This document shows, piece after piece, positions 1 to 12,110 of a stretch of 64,000 nt of DNA. Below the pieces are notes generated by a model, which was given only the letters and a program-made list of their open reading frames with translations, made no database searches and had not been told where the DNA came from. The position numbers and the translations under genes were made by a program. The stretch is from Mobula hypostoma. Taxonomy: Eukaryota. How positions within the stretch are numbered: position 1 is the stretch's first letter; every line of letters begins with the position of its first letter. The DNA is taken from positions 91,576,001-91,640,000 of the forward strand of contig NC_086097.1 in the NCBI RefSeq assembly GCF_963921235.1. The letters run 5' to 3'.

Positions 1-1222
1 ATAGATGTAATGCTGAGGCTTTGTAAGACATTTGTCAGACCACATTTGAAAAGCACCACAGACAGAGAAAAAGTTCCAAAATATTGCCCAAGTGCCTGAT
101 TCCCATGCATTGTGCACTAACTATTCCACTTCATCATTTGAATGTGCACACTGGAGAGAAATCATATGTTGGAATAATTCTTTTCAGCTGATCAGGAGAG
201 GATGACTTGCATTAATAGTATGTCACTTGACTTCAAGGCATCTGAATTACTTTCTGGCCAATTACCTGTTCCTTTCTGAAGTAACACAGAAACCAAAAGC
301 CAAGTATTATGGTTCTCCTGCTTCTTTAATAAACAACATCAGCCAACCCAGACTTGGAGTAGAGTAATGATGAGGTTTATTAAAAGAAACCCAGGAGTTT
401 ATTGTGCATGGTGCCCAGGAATTCCTCGCAATTTATTTCCTGCCATTAGAAATGCGGCAGAAGCCACCTCTCCCCCCATTTTATACTACACTTCTGACAA
501 GTTATTCCAGTGGACAAGTTAGGCCAAAGGGCCCATTGCTTTGCTGTCTTTCCCTCTTGATTCTGATGTGATTAAATACTTTTCTTTCTAGTACATGCTT
601 CACAATAAAGCCTAATTATGTCAATGGGCAAAAATAAAGGTATTCTGGATTTGTATATTTTTAGTAATATGAGCTATGTGAAATCTCCCAGTGGTGAATG
701 CAGGAATAGGAGTGCATACAAGGGACACTCATCTCGAAGAAGACGATGAGGGCAGGGGTTTAGGAAAACATACATGGGAAGTTTGGAATTAACTAAACAC
801 AAGCTAATACTTGAAAATGAGTGCCAGCTTTAGTTCTAGGAGAGCTGCTCAACCTCTAGAGAAGTGAGCTCAATATCTCTGTGGCTACCTGCAGTGCAGT
901 ACCGGGTGAATCATGAATTTGTAATGCATTTCCTCGGAATGAAAATTAGTAAGACCCCTTTGGTAGAAGAGATAAACAATTCCATTTCTTTCAACTAAAA
1001 CAATAAAAAAATGTAAGTGTCCATCATAATTTTTCTGTGGCCATTACATTTGTAAAGTACAATGAATAACCAAATGGCTACAGTGAACTTTGAGATATAG
1101 AAGGTACAACATAAATGTAAGTCTCTATCTGTAATATCACACACAACCATGTACTTACTCAAAGAAGATTTATAAAACAATACTGTTAAAAGTCAAGTAA
1201 ACCCAATTCTTTCCACTCATAC

Positions 1223-1336
1223 CTCTCAGCATGGTCTGCTGTTGTTTTGCAGTGCAGATTAACCGGCTGATGCCTTCAATCACCTGGCTCTTTGATTCCA
1301 ATTCTTTGTCTTTTGTCTTCTTGGGCAAAAACATCA
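1223..1336 (-). CDS. PACS2: PACS2 coding exon (penultimate coding exon; [38 protein letters not shown])
   Basis: 114 nt, ttttag| acceptor and |gtatga donor on the minus strand; phase 1/1 fits the neighbouring exon; peptide matches the recalled PACS2 C-terminus ([30 protein letters not shown]). Confidence 0.95.
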
Positions 1337-1825
1337 CTAAAAGAAAGATATTTCATATTAAAATGTGAGGTAATGAAATGTGGTGCATCGCAGTCAGTCA
1401 CACACTGATATGTCACAATAATCAACTTTAAAAAAGCATAATTGGTTGTAAGGTTGTAGGGAAAGTCATCGGTCTAAAAGATGGTTTTTCTGAGAATTTC
1501 TATCTCCCACTAATAACTGAACAACAATGCCTTGATTAAGACTGCTTTTCCCACAGAAAGTACATGGACTCAAAGGAAAGGCCAGACTAAAAGCAGGTAG
1601 ATTATAGCAACTAAAGCTCCCACATACTACACATCAACCATAAGCAATGTCAGACGATGAACCAATGTATATTTAAAACACTATCATTCTAAAATTGGGC
1701 CAGCCTGAAGTAATAAATGTGTGTTTTTCAGCAGGTCTATGAAGTATTTCCAGTATTTCAGATTTCCATCAACTACAGCTGTTTGACTTTCAAGAATTAA
1801 GATTCTCCCTGAGCAGTCTTCTTAC

Positions 1826-2055
1826 CTTTTTTATTCTTCTCCTTTGTCACTACTGTCATGGACATAGTTGGAAGGGCTGTAATTTCCCCACTACTGGGCA
1901 GCCTGCTGACCTGGAGGGAGCGGAAGGTGCACTTCAGTGTGTTCTTGGCTGTGGCATCCTTCTTTTCTGGGTCCTTCTTCTTGTCAGCCAGCTGAGCAAT
2001 CCAATAGTCGACCTGCAGTCCCATCAGCTCTCCACTGTGACCAAGGCTCTGCGAA
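1826..2055 (-). CDS. PACS2: PACS2 coding exon ([18 protein letters not shown]...[17 protein letters not shown]...[10 protein letters not shown])
   Basis: 230 nt inside ORF 1797..2132; ccag| acceptor, |gtaag donor; phase 2/1; [10 protein letters not shown] and [17 protein letters not shown] are PACS2-type motifs. Confidence 0.95.
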
Positions 2056-3498
2056 CTGGCAAGAGTCGAGCATAGTGCAATTACTGAGCTTGCAAACATA
2101 TCAGTGCTTAACAAGAAAGCAAATGAAACCATTAAACAAGCACCATGCTACGAACACATGGATATGTAATAAATTCATGACAACTGCTTTTATCCACGTG
2201 GCATCTCAACAGGATTATCTCTTGGTCTCAGCTGGTGATAATAAATGAGAATTAATGATAATAAAAATGCCATTAGCCATATTGGTACATGTTAAATGAA
2301 GGTCACACCGTTACTTACAGATAGTATAATTACAAGACAGTGAAAGAGATGCAATGGAACACCATGTTTAAAAATATTCTAACAAGATTATATTTTTATT
2401 GTGCCCTTCTGTGGCATTAAATGAACCTTGATTTGCACATCAACACAAGTTAGACTCATTAATAATAAAATAAACAGAGACACAATAACCCTTGGATGAG
2501 TCATATGAAACAGGATAATCCAAGCAGCGTACCACTAAGTCTACACAGATCCCAAAGGGAATAGATACTCCTCAGTTGCTCCGCACTACACTATTTAATT
2601 AGATCTTACTGAGGCTCATGGTTTAGCTTTGACAATGGCTACACTGTCATATGTCAGGTTATGTGTTCAACTTGTACAATGAAAACCAGCACATAAAATT
2701 CAACATGACATGCCAGTGACAGTTGCAGCTAATGTGACATTGCCAAAGGCACCATTTTACAGACCAAATGCAAAACTCATATCCCATTTTCCCCCTCAGA
2801 TCCTATTGGACTTAAAGTTCACTAAAACATTAGCTGTTTTTCTCTTCAAAATTGCTGCCTAACCTGTCAAATACTGCCAAATTTCTGCTGGTTTCAAAGA
2901 CCTTTAAATTATTTTGATAAAAAGTCAGTACATCCTTCCCAGTGATCTGATGAATAGTCATCCCTCATCTCTTAGCAGGACCACCTGAGTATTATAACAA
3001 TGCCACTCAGGAAACTCGGCTGTGTATAAATTGCTGGCTGTCTTTTCTATGCAAAAGGGAAATTTACTTATGGAAGTTTAAAAGTAGGACTTCAAAGGAG
3101 GTCATCTCTGGATTTCTGCCTGTGCCACATACCAGTGAGGGTCAGAGTAGGATGATATGGTGATGACAAATTGGTGCAGTGGGCAGGGTTCAAGATTTGT
3201 GGATCATTAGGAACTCTTCTGGGGAAGATACAGAAGGGATGAGTTACACCTGAACTTGAGGGAACCAAAGCCTTTGCTGAGCTGTTGTGGGGCGGGGGGG
3301 GGGGGGTTAAAATATGTTGGCAGGGAGATGGGAACCTGTCTGATAGGTCAGATGATGGAGCAGTTGGTTGAAATGTAGATGCAAAAGTAGAGAGAATGCC
3401 AGTTATGATCATTTGCATGAATCCAATTTGTACTGAGTAAGTGAACAGCACATTTAGTAGTGCAAATACCTGCCTGCCTACATATTTATAATACTTAC

Positions 3499-3631
3499 CT
3501 TGAATACTGTCCACTTCCCACAGAGGGTGAGGAGGGTGGAGTAGGGGAAGCTTCCTTCATTGCTGGAGATAGCGTTGGAGGTGTGGAAGACAAGATACTG
3601 GAACCAGAAGTGGCAGCATCATCGGAATCAC
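3499..3631 (-). CDS. PACS2: PACS2 coding exon ([44 protein letters not shown])
   Basis: 133 nt, tgcag| acceptor, |gtaagt donor; phase 1/2; Ser/Pro-rich segment matching recalled PACS2 GDSDDAAPSGSG...[13 protein letters not shown]. Confidence 0.95.
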
Positions 3632-3848
3632 CTGCAGATAGCATCAATTATTTTGCATGACCATACAACAGCTTAACGCTGCTTTAAAGGGTTGTTTTAA
3701 GTTGATATTCTACTACTTAATTGAATAATATGTTATTCAAATATACAAATAGGCACAAGTTTCAACAGGAACAAGTTCCTCCAAAGTACACATAAACATT
3801 TCCTTTGATTGATTAGAACTCAAAAGGTCATAAGGAGAAATTACAAAC

Positions 3849-3891
3849 CTGATGTTGCTGAAGACTGTTCCACAATCCCAACTTTTACCAC
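3849..3891 (-). CDS. PACS2: PACS2 coding exon (VVKVGIVEQSSATS)
   Basis: 43 nt, ttgcag| acceptor, |gtttgt donor; phase 0/1; matches recalled VVKVGIVEPSSATSG. Confidence 0.93.
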
Positions 3892-4343
3892 CTGCAATCA
3901 TAAATAATATGGATTCAGTTCAGTGTATTTAAAACACGCAAAACAGCCAGTACTAAGAGCACCAGATAAGGGTTACTAAATTTAACTTAATTAAAGCACT
4001 ACCTTGGGCATGATACAAGGGAAAAGATCATTAAGAGAATTACATATGAAGAGTCCATGTCTTGCATAATGGAGAGAATTGCTGCTTTGTTCCAAGATTT
4101 AACAAAATTAATCATTTTAAATTCTACCCGATTGCTCAAAAGATACAAACTTCCTTTCTGAAAGAAACTACAGGAAGTCACAAAAATTAATTGCTCAAAT
4201 GTTCCATATTCTCCCAACCAGGCAATCATCACATTTTGAGATAAAGAGACTGAAATGCTAGAATCTGGAGCAAAAAACAATCTGCAAGAGGAACTCAATG
4301 GATCAAACAGTATCTGTGGAGAGGGAGAAGTAATTGTCAAAAT

Positions 4344-7300
4344 TGTTGGATCAGACTATTTAATTCTTTGATTAGACTGTTTAGTTGTTATTTTCTTTGC
4401 AGTTTAACAATTAAGTTAACTTTCTGCTTTCGCTCATTTAGTTAATGCAGAGATTTGATCTTTAGACTTTTTGCTGTCTACTATGTCACAGCTTGCTCCA
4501 ATTAAGACCAGGGGGTGAAGACACACAGGACTGAAGATGAAACCACTGCTAATCAATGTATTGACCAGCTTGTGGCAGATCCATCAACTATTGCCCACAA
4601 TTCAAAAATCTGCTGAAGCACTGATGACCTTGTGATTTTTAATGAAGAACAACTGAAAGTGTTTCAAACTTTAAAGAGACATTGTGTACTGCAGCCACAT
4701 TAAGACTCCCTGGTGCAGGGATTGGGTGGCAGAGTAGAGATCCATCTCTACCAAAGGAGGTACAAGATGCCTCTTCCCTCCACTAGCCTGCAGGTCACCC
4801 TTAGGCAAAGTGAGGCACCTGCTTAGCACCCCCCCCCCCCACCGCCGATCAAGGTCATGTGAAGACATGGGAGCAGGTGGTGGATGGTTGTATGAGCAGC
4901 TGGTGCATATCACAGGTCCTGGTTATGTGACCACTGACGACAGGCAGACAATCTCTAAAGAGTATTGATAATGACTGGGCTCACCTATCTTGTAAGGACA
5001 CTGCCCAGAAGAAGGTGATGGCAAACCATTTCTGTAGAAAAATTTGCCAAGAACAATCATGGTCATGGAGGCCATGATCACCCATGTCATATGACACAGC
5101 ACGTAATGATGATGATGATGATACAAGTAAACTATTTGTTAACGAGAAACATATGATGGCAATCTTAACCCAAGAACATGGAGACTGGCAGTATCCTGTT
5201 GATTATTACTCTGCCAAAGGGCTGTACACTGATGGCTCCTCAACGATTGAGAGAGGAATTCGAAGAGAGTTGAGAGAGGATGGGCTATTGTTTCTGGAAC
5301 TGCACTGCTACCATCAGGAAGCATGGCTCCTGGTACCTCTGCGTAACAGGCAAAACCAAATGCTTTAATTGAAGCCTACAAGTTGGCAGAAGGAAGATCA
5401 GCTAATATTGATACTGATTCTCGACATGCTTTAGGAGTTGTTCATGATTTTGGAAACTTTTGGAGACAAAGACGATTTCTTAAGGCTGTAGGAACCCCAA
5501 TCAAGAATGGCCAACCAGTAAAAGAACTTATGGATGTCATTCAACTATCATCAAAAGTTGCTGATTAAAATGTAAAAACCACTCCAAAATGACTTCAATG
5601 GAAAGCTATGGAAGTGCATTTGTGGATGAAATTGTAAAAGTGCAGCACAGGAAGGAGTAAAAGAAGCACCAAGAACATATACAGTGAACCTGACAACTGG
5701 AATTATGGAAACCAAGTTGAACTCTGTATCACAGGCGAACATATGAGATTATCTGGCACAGCAAATACACTCTCTCGGACACACTGGAGTGAGAAAGATG
5801 ATGGACAGATTCTCCCAGTGGTGGTGGAGTCCAAAGTTCAGGGCACAAGCTCAACTAAAGATGTATGACGTGCTAGAGAATGAATCTTGGACCAGTGGAA
5901 AAGCCACCACAATTAGGTGCCGCTGCTCCGCCTGCTTCATTTTTACACTTACAAGTGGACTACGTTTCTTTATCAAAGTCAGACGGATACTACGACATAC
6001 TGGTAATAGTGGATATTCCAACAATGAAGACTACAGCCGCTCACACAGCAAAAACTCTGATTAAGGACTATATTCCTATTTGGGGATTCCATGTCACATC
6101 AACTTTGACCAGGGAATACATTTCATTGAGAGTGTTCATCAGGAATTATGTTGATTGATGAACATTGAATGGTCTTTTCATTGTCCACGTCACTTAGAGT
6201 CATCAGGACAAATTGAAAAAATGAATGGAATTATTAAACAATGATTGAATAGGTATCATGAGGAGGGTGTACCATAGCCTACAGCAGTCTTATGTAGCAT
6301 CAGAGCAACACCAAACAAGAAAACTAAACTGAGTCCATTTAAGGTGGTAACAGGGTGTCTCATGTCATGGCCGGGAGCCCTCAATCTCAGAGAGGCTGAT
6401 ATACACATTATGGCAGACAGTTTAGTTAACAATTGTGTGAAATTAACCTAAACTGTCCAGTTTGCTTCTCAACAGATTTCCACTGCTTGGAGTGATCCAT
6501 CAGAAGGAGGACACACCCTGATTTCTGGTGAGTGGGTGCTGATTAAGAAACCACATAAGGAACTTGATGGGATGTCCCTAGAAAGTATGTAGAAGGTAAA
6601 AGTAAGTGGATACAAGCCAGTCACTGCCAGTGAGCTAAAGTGGTACCCAACGAGGACAATAAGCACCGTGATTAGTGTGCTAGTAACTTCTTGACCCAGT
6701 GCCTACACTGCGCTGAGCTACAGTAAGCAAATCACTAACTAGCCAGAAGACTTGAAAAGAGTTGACAACTACTGGACATTATGAAGTTTATTCTGATATT
6801 AGTTGTCATATTTTTGCTAATTTTCTCTACAAGAAGTCATATTATTGGTACTAATATGCCTTAGCATAGTTTACATTTTTTTTAACTTGATAAGGGTCAT
6901 TGATAGTTGCATTAATTCAAAGTTGCATAAATGTGCTACTAATCTGCCTAACCATGACATAATCCTATGAATACTTTGAAGAATATATAATCTTTGATAT
7001 TTCATAAGTAGTTGATTATTTTGTACTTAATGTAGATACCACAATTTTTTCTTTCTCTGCATTTTCAGATGCAATGATTCTAAATGTGTAATTTAGAATC
7101 AAAGGACAGATTGTTAGATCCAACTGTTTAATTGTAATTTTCCTTGCAGATTAACAATTAATTATCTGCTTGTATTTAAAGTATTTAAATGCTTGTCATT
7201 TTATTATGCTTCCCAGTGACGACAATATATATATATATGCAGTTGTTCAGTGTATTCTGCTAGTGGTTACACTGGTATGATTCTGGAAACTTCTTTTGGT

Positions 7301-7567
7301 GCTGCATTATTTGAATAACTGCTTTCTCATTGGTTGACTCTTACCTACAGATTAAAAAAGAATTCTCCTTATCTATGGGTATAAGGTACAAAAATAGCTG
7401 AGCACAAAGCTATTTTTATCTTTAAACCTTCTGGCTACTTTCTGCTCCTATAATTGTTGTTTCAATTTTTCTTTTGTTCTATTAATAAAATGATCACGAA
7501 GCAACAAGTTTTGTGTTTTTTTCCTGACTTCTGAAAGAACCTTGGATTAAAACACTAAAATCCAACA
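4344..7567 (+). mobile_element. Decayed, internally deleted endogenous retrovirus (class I/epsilon-like pol: tether, RNase H, integrase) with LTR remnants
   Basis: Peptides LFVNEK..AILTQEHGDWQYPVDYYSAK (tether), LYTDGSS and DTDSRHALGVVHDFG..WRQRRFL..GTPIKNG (RNase H), HSLGHTG, FLHLQVDY and HCP.H.ESSGQIEKMNG (integrase). Similar TG-initiated sequences at 4344 and 7112; 7112-7567 is bounded TGTTAGA...TCCAACA and contains AATAAA. Confidence 0.8.
4672..5122 (+). mobile_element. Non-autonomous retroelement (RTE-type SINE-like) with (TGA)n tail inserted in the ERV
   Basis: Interrupts ERV pol-like sequence; contains ggcaaaccatttctgtagaaaaatttgccaag and ends in aatgatgatgatgatgat. Family assignment from recalled RTE 3' ends. 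Confidence 0.55.
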
Positions 7568-7869
7568 TTAAAACCCAGCAAAAGGATTGATATTCCAAAT
7601 ATCAACAGTTTCCCAGCAAGGTACTTGCACAACTTCATTAAGCCTACCTCCAAACAGCAACTTCCATACATTAGTGACCCAACACATCATCCTGTGACCA
7701 CCGCCCCCCCCAACATTGAAAGCAATGTGGGTAGCAAATAGTGGTGATAACAAAATAGAGGGGTTAGAATGGACCAATGGGTGATGCCTAACAGAGGACA
7801 GCCAATGGGAATAGGAAACTTTTAGTGAAAACCACAAGGACAAATATGAATCAAACTGAAATTACTTAC

Positions 7870-7912
7870 GCCAATAAAGGGAATAAACTTTTGGCAAGAG
7901 TCTTCATCGGGG
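7870..7912 (-). CDS. PACS2: PACS2 coding exon (SPDEDSCQKFIPFIG)
   Basis: 43 nt, tcttag| acceptor, |gtaagt donor; phase 2/0; matches recalled SPDEESSQKFIPFVG. Confidence 0.95.
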
Positions 7913-9008
7913 CTAAGAGAAAAAGAAGTTGATTAAATCTCATCCAAAAAGTTATTTCTCAAGTATAGGAGGGAAATTATGCAAATCTTCACATGCAGTA
8001 ACATCATTCTTTGAATCAGCTGTAAAGTTTATGTAGAGCATATTGTATTACTAGGAGAGATGTATACAGGTGTGTGGCATCAGGCACATAGTACTTCAGG
8101 TAACGTTACATCCTCATCAATTGTAATGATTTCAGAAAATTATGTTAACTATAATGATACTAGGGGAGAACAATGGTAAGAGCTGAGAAGCTGTTTTTTT
8201 TTCTCTTGATAGAACTGCTAAAAGTCATGACAGGTTTTGATGTGCTATATATTGGAAAAATACCTTTCAGAGGCAGAAGGGTCAGTAACGAAGAGTCAAT
8301 AGACAAAAGGCGATACAAGGGTGGTTCTTTATTTGTAGTGAGTTACTCTGTGCTGAAAAGCATTGCCAAAATGAATGAAGGGATCCAATTAAATAGCAAT
8401 ATTCAAAAGGAAACTGATTATTACTTGAAGGGAAAATCTATAGAGTTATGAGGAAAGTGCAGAGGAGCATGCAAAATGGGACAGCTCGACCAAATTAGCA
8501 GAGGGAATATTGTAGAAATGATGCACTTCAGTGCTGTCTTTAATTTCATGAAGTTAATTTGTTTTATAATCAGCTACTTGCATTCAAAGACTTTTCAAAT
8601 CCAAGTCAATATTATTAAAAACATGAAATTCATAAAAAACCTTTCGGACTTAAACTGAAGCAATCTGATAGGACCTATGTACTTGTCCATAATAATGGAT
8701 TTTGCAAATCTCTATATATCAGAAACATACCTACTATAGAAGGGAGCCAGGCATTAAAGGGAGTGTGTTTACTAGCTGAGTTGGTAATTATAGAAATTAC
8801 TTTTGTTAAAAGCAATGTTGCAGATTACAAACTTTGTCATGGACTCCAAGATAAATATAGGAAGCATTATGAAACCTAAAACCCAGGACATATGCTTGGA
8901 CAAGTATTGGGAATGTTACAAGACATAAGAACTCTTGTCAGAGTACAGAGATGTTGTACCTGTAGGTTATAGAAAATAGAGTCGAAAAAACTGTAATTGT
9001 GACAGGGA

Positions 9009-9130
9009 ACACACATCAAAGTTGCTGGTGAACGCAGCAGGCCAGGCAGCATCTCTAGGAAGAGGTACAGTCGACGTTTCAGGCCGAGACCCTTCGTCAG
9101 GACTAACTGAAGGAAGAGCTAGTAAGAGCA
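9009..9130 (-). mobile_element. Penelope-like element terminal (pLTR) fragment
   Basis: Minus strand reads gtcctgacgaagggtctcggcctgaaacgtcgactgtacctc...gctgcctggcctgctgcgttcaccagc; degenerate relatives at ~4250-4340, ~15040-15130, ~16550-16640, ~17360-17450 and ~41350-41465. Confidence 0.75.
9069..9104 (-). ncRNA. Minimal type I hammerhead ribozyme motif
   Basis: AGUC-CUGACGA-agggucucggccu-GAAA-CG-UC-GACU: complete catalytic core, 4-bp stem I (AGUC/GACU), short stem II (agg/ccu), palindromic ACGU in place of stem III. Confidence 0.7.
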
Positions 9131-9805
9131 AGGGCTCAGGGCACAGGATTTCCTTGAGTGCTGTGATTGTTATACAGAAGCTGCCTTTGGGCAATTTCTA
9201 GGTGTACCTGGCAGATCATTACTGACATTTCAGTGGCAAAGCAAGTGAGACCCCCTCTTGATAATCTACTAATGGTCTAGTAAATACAAGTCAGCATACC
9301 GATTTAAAATTCTCATTTGGGTGAGTGTTTCTCAAGTTTGATGTGATTCTAAATTAACTGCCAGATAACTTAATATTTAAAGATGATCAGGCAAATATTG
9401 TCTGCCACAGCAGAATAAAAACGATAAAAATGCTATTGGAAATTTTAGAAATCCAGCGAAACTTTGCCAGATGTTTCTGGGCAGTCCTAGTTCAGACTTT
9501 TGAATCTCTGAACCACAGAGATAGAGAATGCAGATCTATATATTGAACTCCCTGGGTTGGTAGTGCTCATATTGAGCCACTCCATTTGAGCTGGAGTGTT
9601 TACCCCGTAAGGAAAGTCAGTAAGATTATTATTAAACATCTTGTTGACAAGTATAAAGGGGAAATGACATATTTCAGTAGGAACTACCTACTCTTTTGGA
9701 TTCAGTATAGTATATTATACAAAATCACTTAAAAAAACCGTGAGCTAGTGAGCTGTTGGTCTCCCTCTCACTGTGGCAGGAGTGATACTGCTCTTTCCTT
9801 CATTA

Positions 9806-10366
9806 AGGGGAGAGAGGGAGGGGGAGATGGGGAGAGAGGGGGAGAGAGGAGAAGAAGGGGGAGAGAGAGGGGGGAGAGAGAGGGGGGGAGAGAGGGAGGG
9901 GAGAGAGAGGGGAGGGGGAGCGAGAGGGGAGAGAGAGGGGAGGGGGAGCGAGAGGGGAGAGAGAGGGGAGGGGGAGAGAGAGGGGAGAGAGAGGGGAGGG
10001 GGAGAGAGGGGGGAGAGGGAGGGGGAGAGGGAGGGGGAGAGGGAGGGGGAGAGGGAGGGGGAGAGGGAGGGGGGAGAGAGGGAGAGAGGGAGAGGAGAGA
10101 GGGGTAGAGGGAGAGGGGAGAGGGGGAGATGGGGAGAGGAGCGAGGGAGAAGGAGAGAGGGGAGGGGGAGAAGGAGGGAGCAAGAGAGGAGCAGAGGGGA
10201 GAGGGAGTGGGGGAAAGGGAATGGGGAGAATGAGGGGGAGGGGAGATGGGGGAGAGGTGGAGAGGGAAAGGGGAGGGGAGATGGGGCGAGGAGGGAGATA
10301 GGGGAGTGGGGCGAGAAGGGGGAGAGGAGGAGAGAGAGGAAGGGGGAGGGGGGAGAAAGAGAGAGG

Positions 10367-10402
<36 letters not shown>

Positions 10403-10404
10403 GA
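9806..10404. repeat. ~600-bp G/A polypurine low-complexity tract ending in (GA)n(GACA)n
   Basis: Almost only G and A on the plus strand, with GGGGGAGAGGGA-like units. Confidence 0.95.
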
Positions 10405-10730
10405 GACTGTGGCATGTCAAACGGGGTGAACAGTATTTTCTTTTGATGGACAGTAGATCATGGTCTTCTTAGGAGCTTTACTATTCCTTGCACGGCAGCT
10501 GGTGGGGGCTTATGCTTTTTGCTGAGGCAGGAGGGCGGAAGCAAAGGGGGTGCTGCTGCTTGTGTATGACAGAGGGGAAGGGGGGGTGCTTTGGGCGTCT
10601 AATGTTTTCCAGTCATTCATTCTTTGGGGTTTTTCTTCTGTTTCATGGATGTCTGCAGAGAGTAAGAATTTCAGGTTGTACACTGTATACATTCTCTGAT
10701 ATTAAACAGAACAATTGAACCACTGAAACA
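10405..10730 (+). mobile_element. Non-autonomous interspersed repeat, 3' part
   Basis: tttcatggatgtctgcagagagtaagaatttcaggttgtacactgtatacattctctgatatt recurs as a diverged reverse complement at ~40910-41000. Confidence 0.6.
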
Positions 10731-12077
10731 TGTAGGAGGAGCAAGTATAGCAATCACCTGCATTATTTGACATAGTGTGGGATAGCTGTAAACCTTGGAC
10801 ACATCAGCATAGTTACAGCAGCTCCTGCTACAGGCTTTTCAGGAGAGGTCTCTCACGCAGTTTCATGCCTCTATGCTGCAGTTACCAGGAGAGATGTCAA
10901 CGCACTCCAAAAGCTTGATTAACACACTCAAATCACAAGCATCTCATTTGATTCAATAGGCAGGCCAAGAGGCTATTAAGTTGATCGCGAATAATCAAGG
11001 GTAAGAGAAGCAGCAGGAAATAAACGGTAAACATTCTTACTTAAGCCAGTCTTTTTATTTCACTTGATTAATGAATTGAGGAAATTAATTGAGAAAAGCA
11101 GAGAGCCAGGCACAAGTACAATTTTATCCTGGTTAAGTTGCAAGAAGTGGCTCGTACTTATGACTATCCTGAAGTGCTTTAAGGAATGTTCAGATTGTGG
11201 TTAGATCATGAGTAAATGGCAAAGTGAAAGTCTGATCCAGTGTCGGACTCACAGCCACGCCGTCAGTGCAAAACTCATTGGGGAGTGCACTGGCAAGATA
11301 AATACTCACTGGAGAGGGCCCACAAAAATTCACTTCGAACATTTAAAACAATAAAATGTAAGGAATAATTTCAAGAGATAAAATAAACCCTTGTGCTGAG
11401 GAAGAATAGATAGCAAGTTCAGTATTATTTCAGCAGCAGATTCCAGCACAGGGATCACTACCATCAACGACAGCAGCATATCTGCACAGCTTCAACATTA
11501 CCTTCCACACTGATTCCTAATCAAATGCAAATATTGCCATTCATTCAGTGTGCAGGATCAAAATTTTGGTACTCCCTGTTATTGTAATAGTTCCTTCACT
11601 GTAACATCTACAGATCAAGGGCAACCAAGAATGGACAATAAATGTTGCCTTGTTAGCTTTATCTATATACTGAACAGGTAGGGCATACTGTTAACACTAT
11701 TCAGCAACAATTAGTTGCAATGTCATAGAAGCATTGTGACATGAACCAGATGTGAAATTCATCCAAGTATTCAGTTTAGTTTAATTTAATTTAATTTAAG
11801 TGGGGAAACCAGATGCAGTTCAATTAGGGAAGCCCAGATAAAGAAAAAATTTTGACAGCAGTGTGATTTTGCACCAACTCAGCATGGTCTTTCTCTCTCT
11901 GCATTATTTTTTTTACCTGAATCATGACATGCCCCAGTAAATGGAACAAATTTTCATCTTTATGTATTTATCCAATTGTAACAGACATCTTTGTTAACCC
12001 AAGAAGAAATAAAAAGAATGGCATTAAAATTAAAGAAGCATATTAAAAAAAAGGAAAACCCAAGCAGACTCTGGTAC

Positions 12078-12110
12078 CTTATGTTAAAATCAAAATGAAA
12101 GCTCTTTTTC
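12078..12110 (-). CDS. PACS2: PACS2 33-nt cassette microexon (RKKSFHFDFNI)
   Basis: aataaag|GAAAAAGAGCTTTCATTTTGATTTTAACATAAG|gtacca; symmetric phase 2/2; resembles the RKKHFHFDFTL insert recalled for the long human PACS2 isoform at this same position. Confidence 0.88.

Noticed and set aside
1..1222. Searched for the last PACS2 coding exon (IDGVEW.DVKFFQL...)
   Set aside because: Not found; presumably left of the window. The first ~50 nt look like a CR1 fragment.
3092..3660. ORFs 3092..3514 (minus) and 3460..3660 (plus)
   Set aside because: Intronic read-through and the antisense shadow of the real exon 3499-3631.
9748..10446. Long overlapping ORFs (up to 218 aa; G/E/R-rich or S/P/L-rich)
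   Set aside because: Artefacts of the stop-free polypurine tract; no protein-like complexity.
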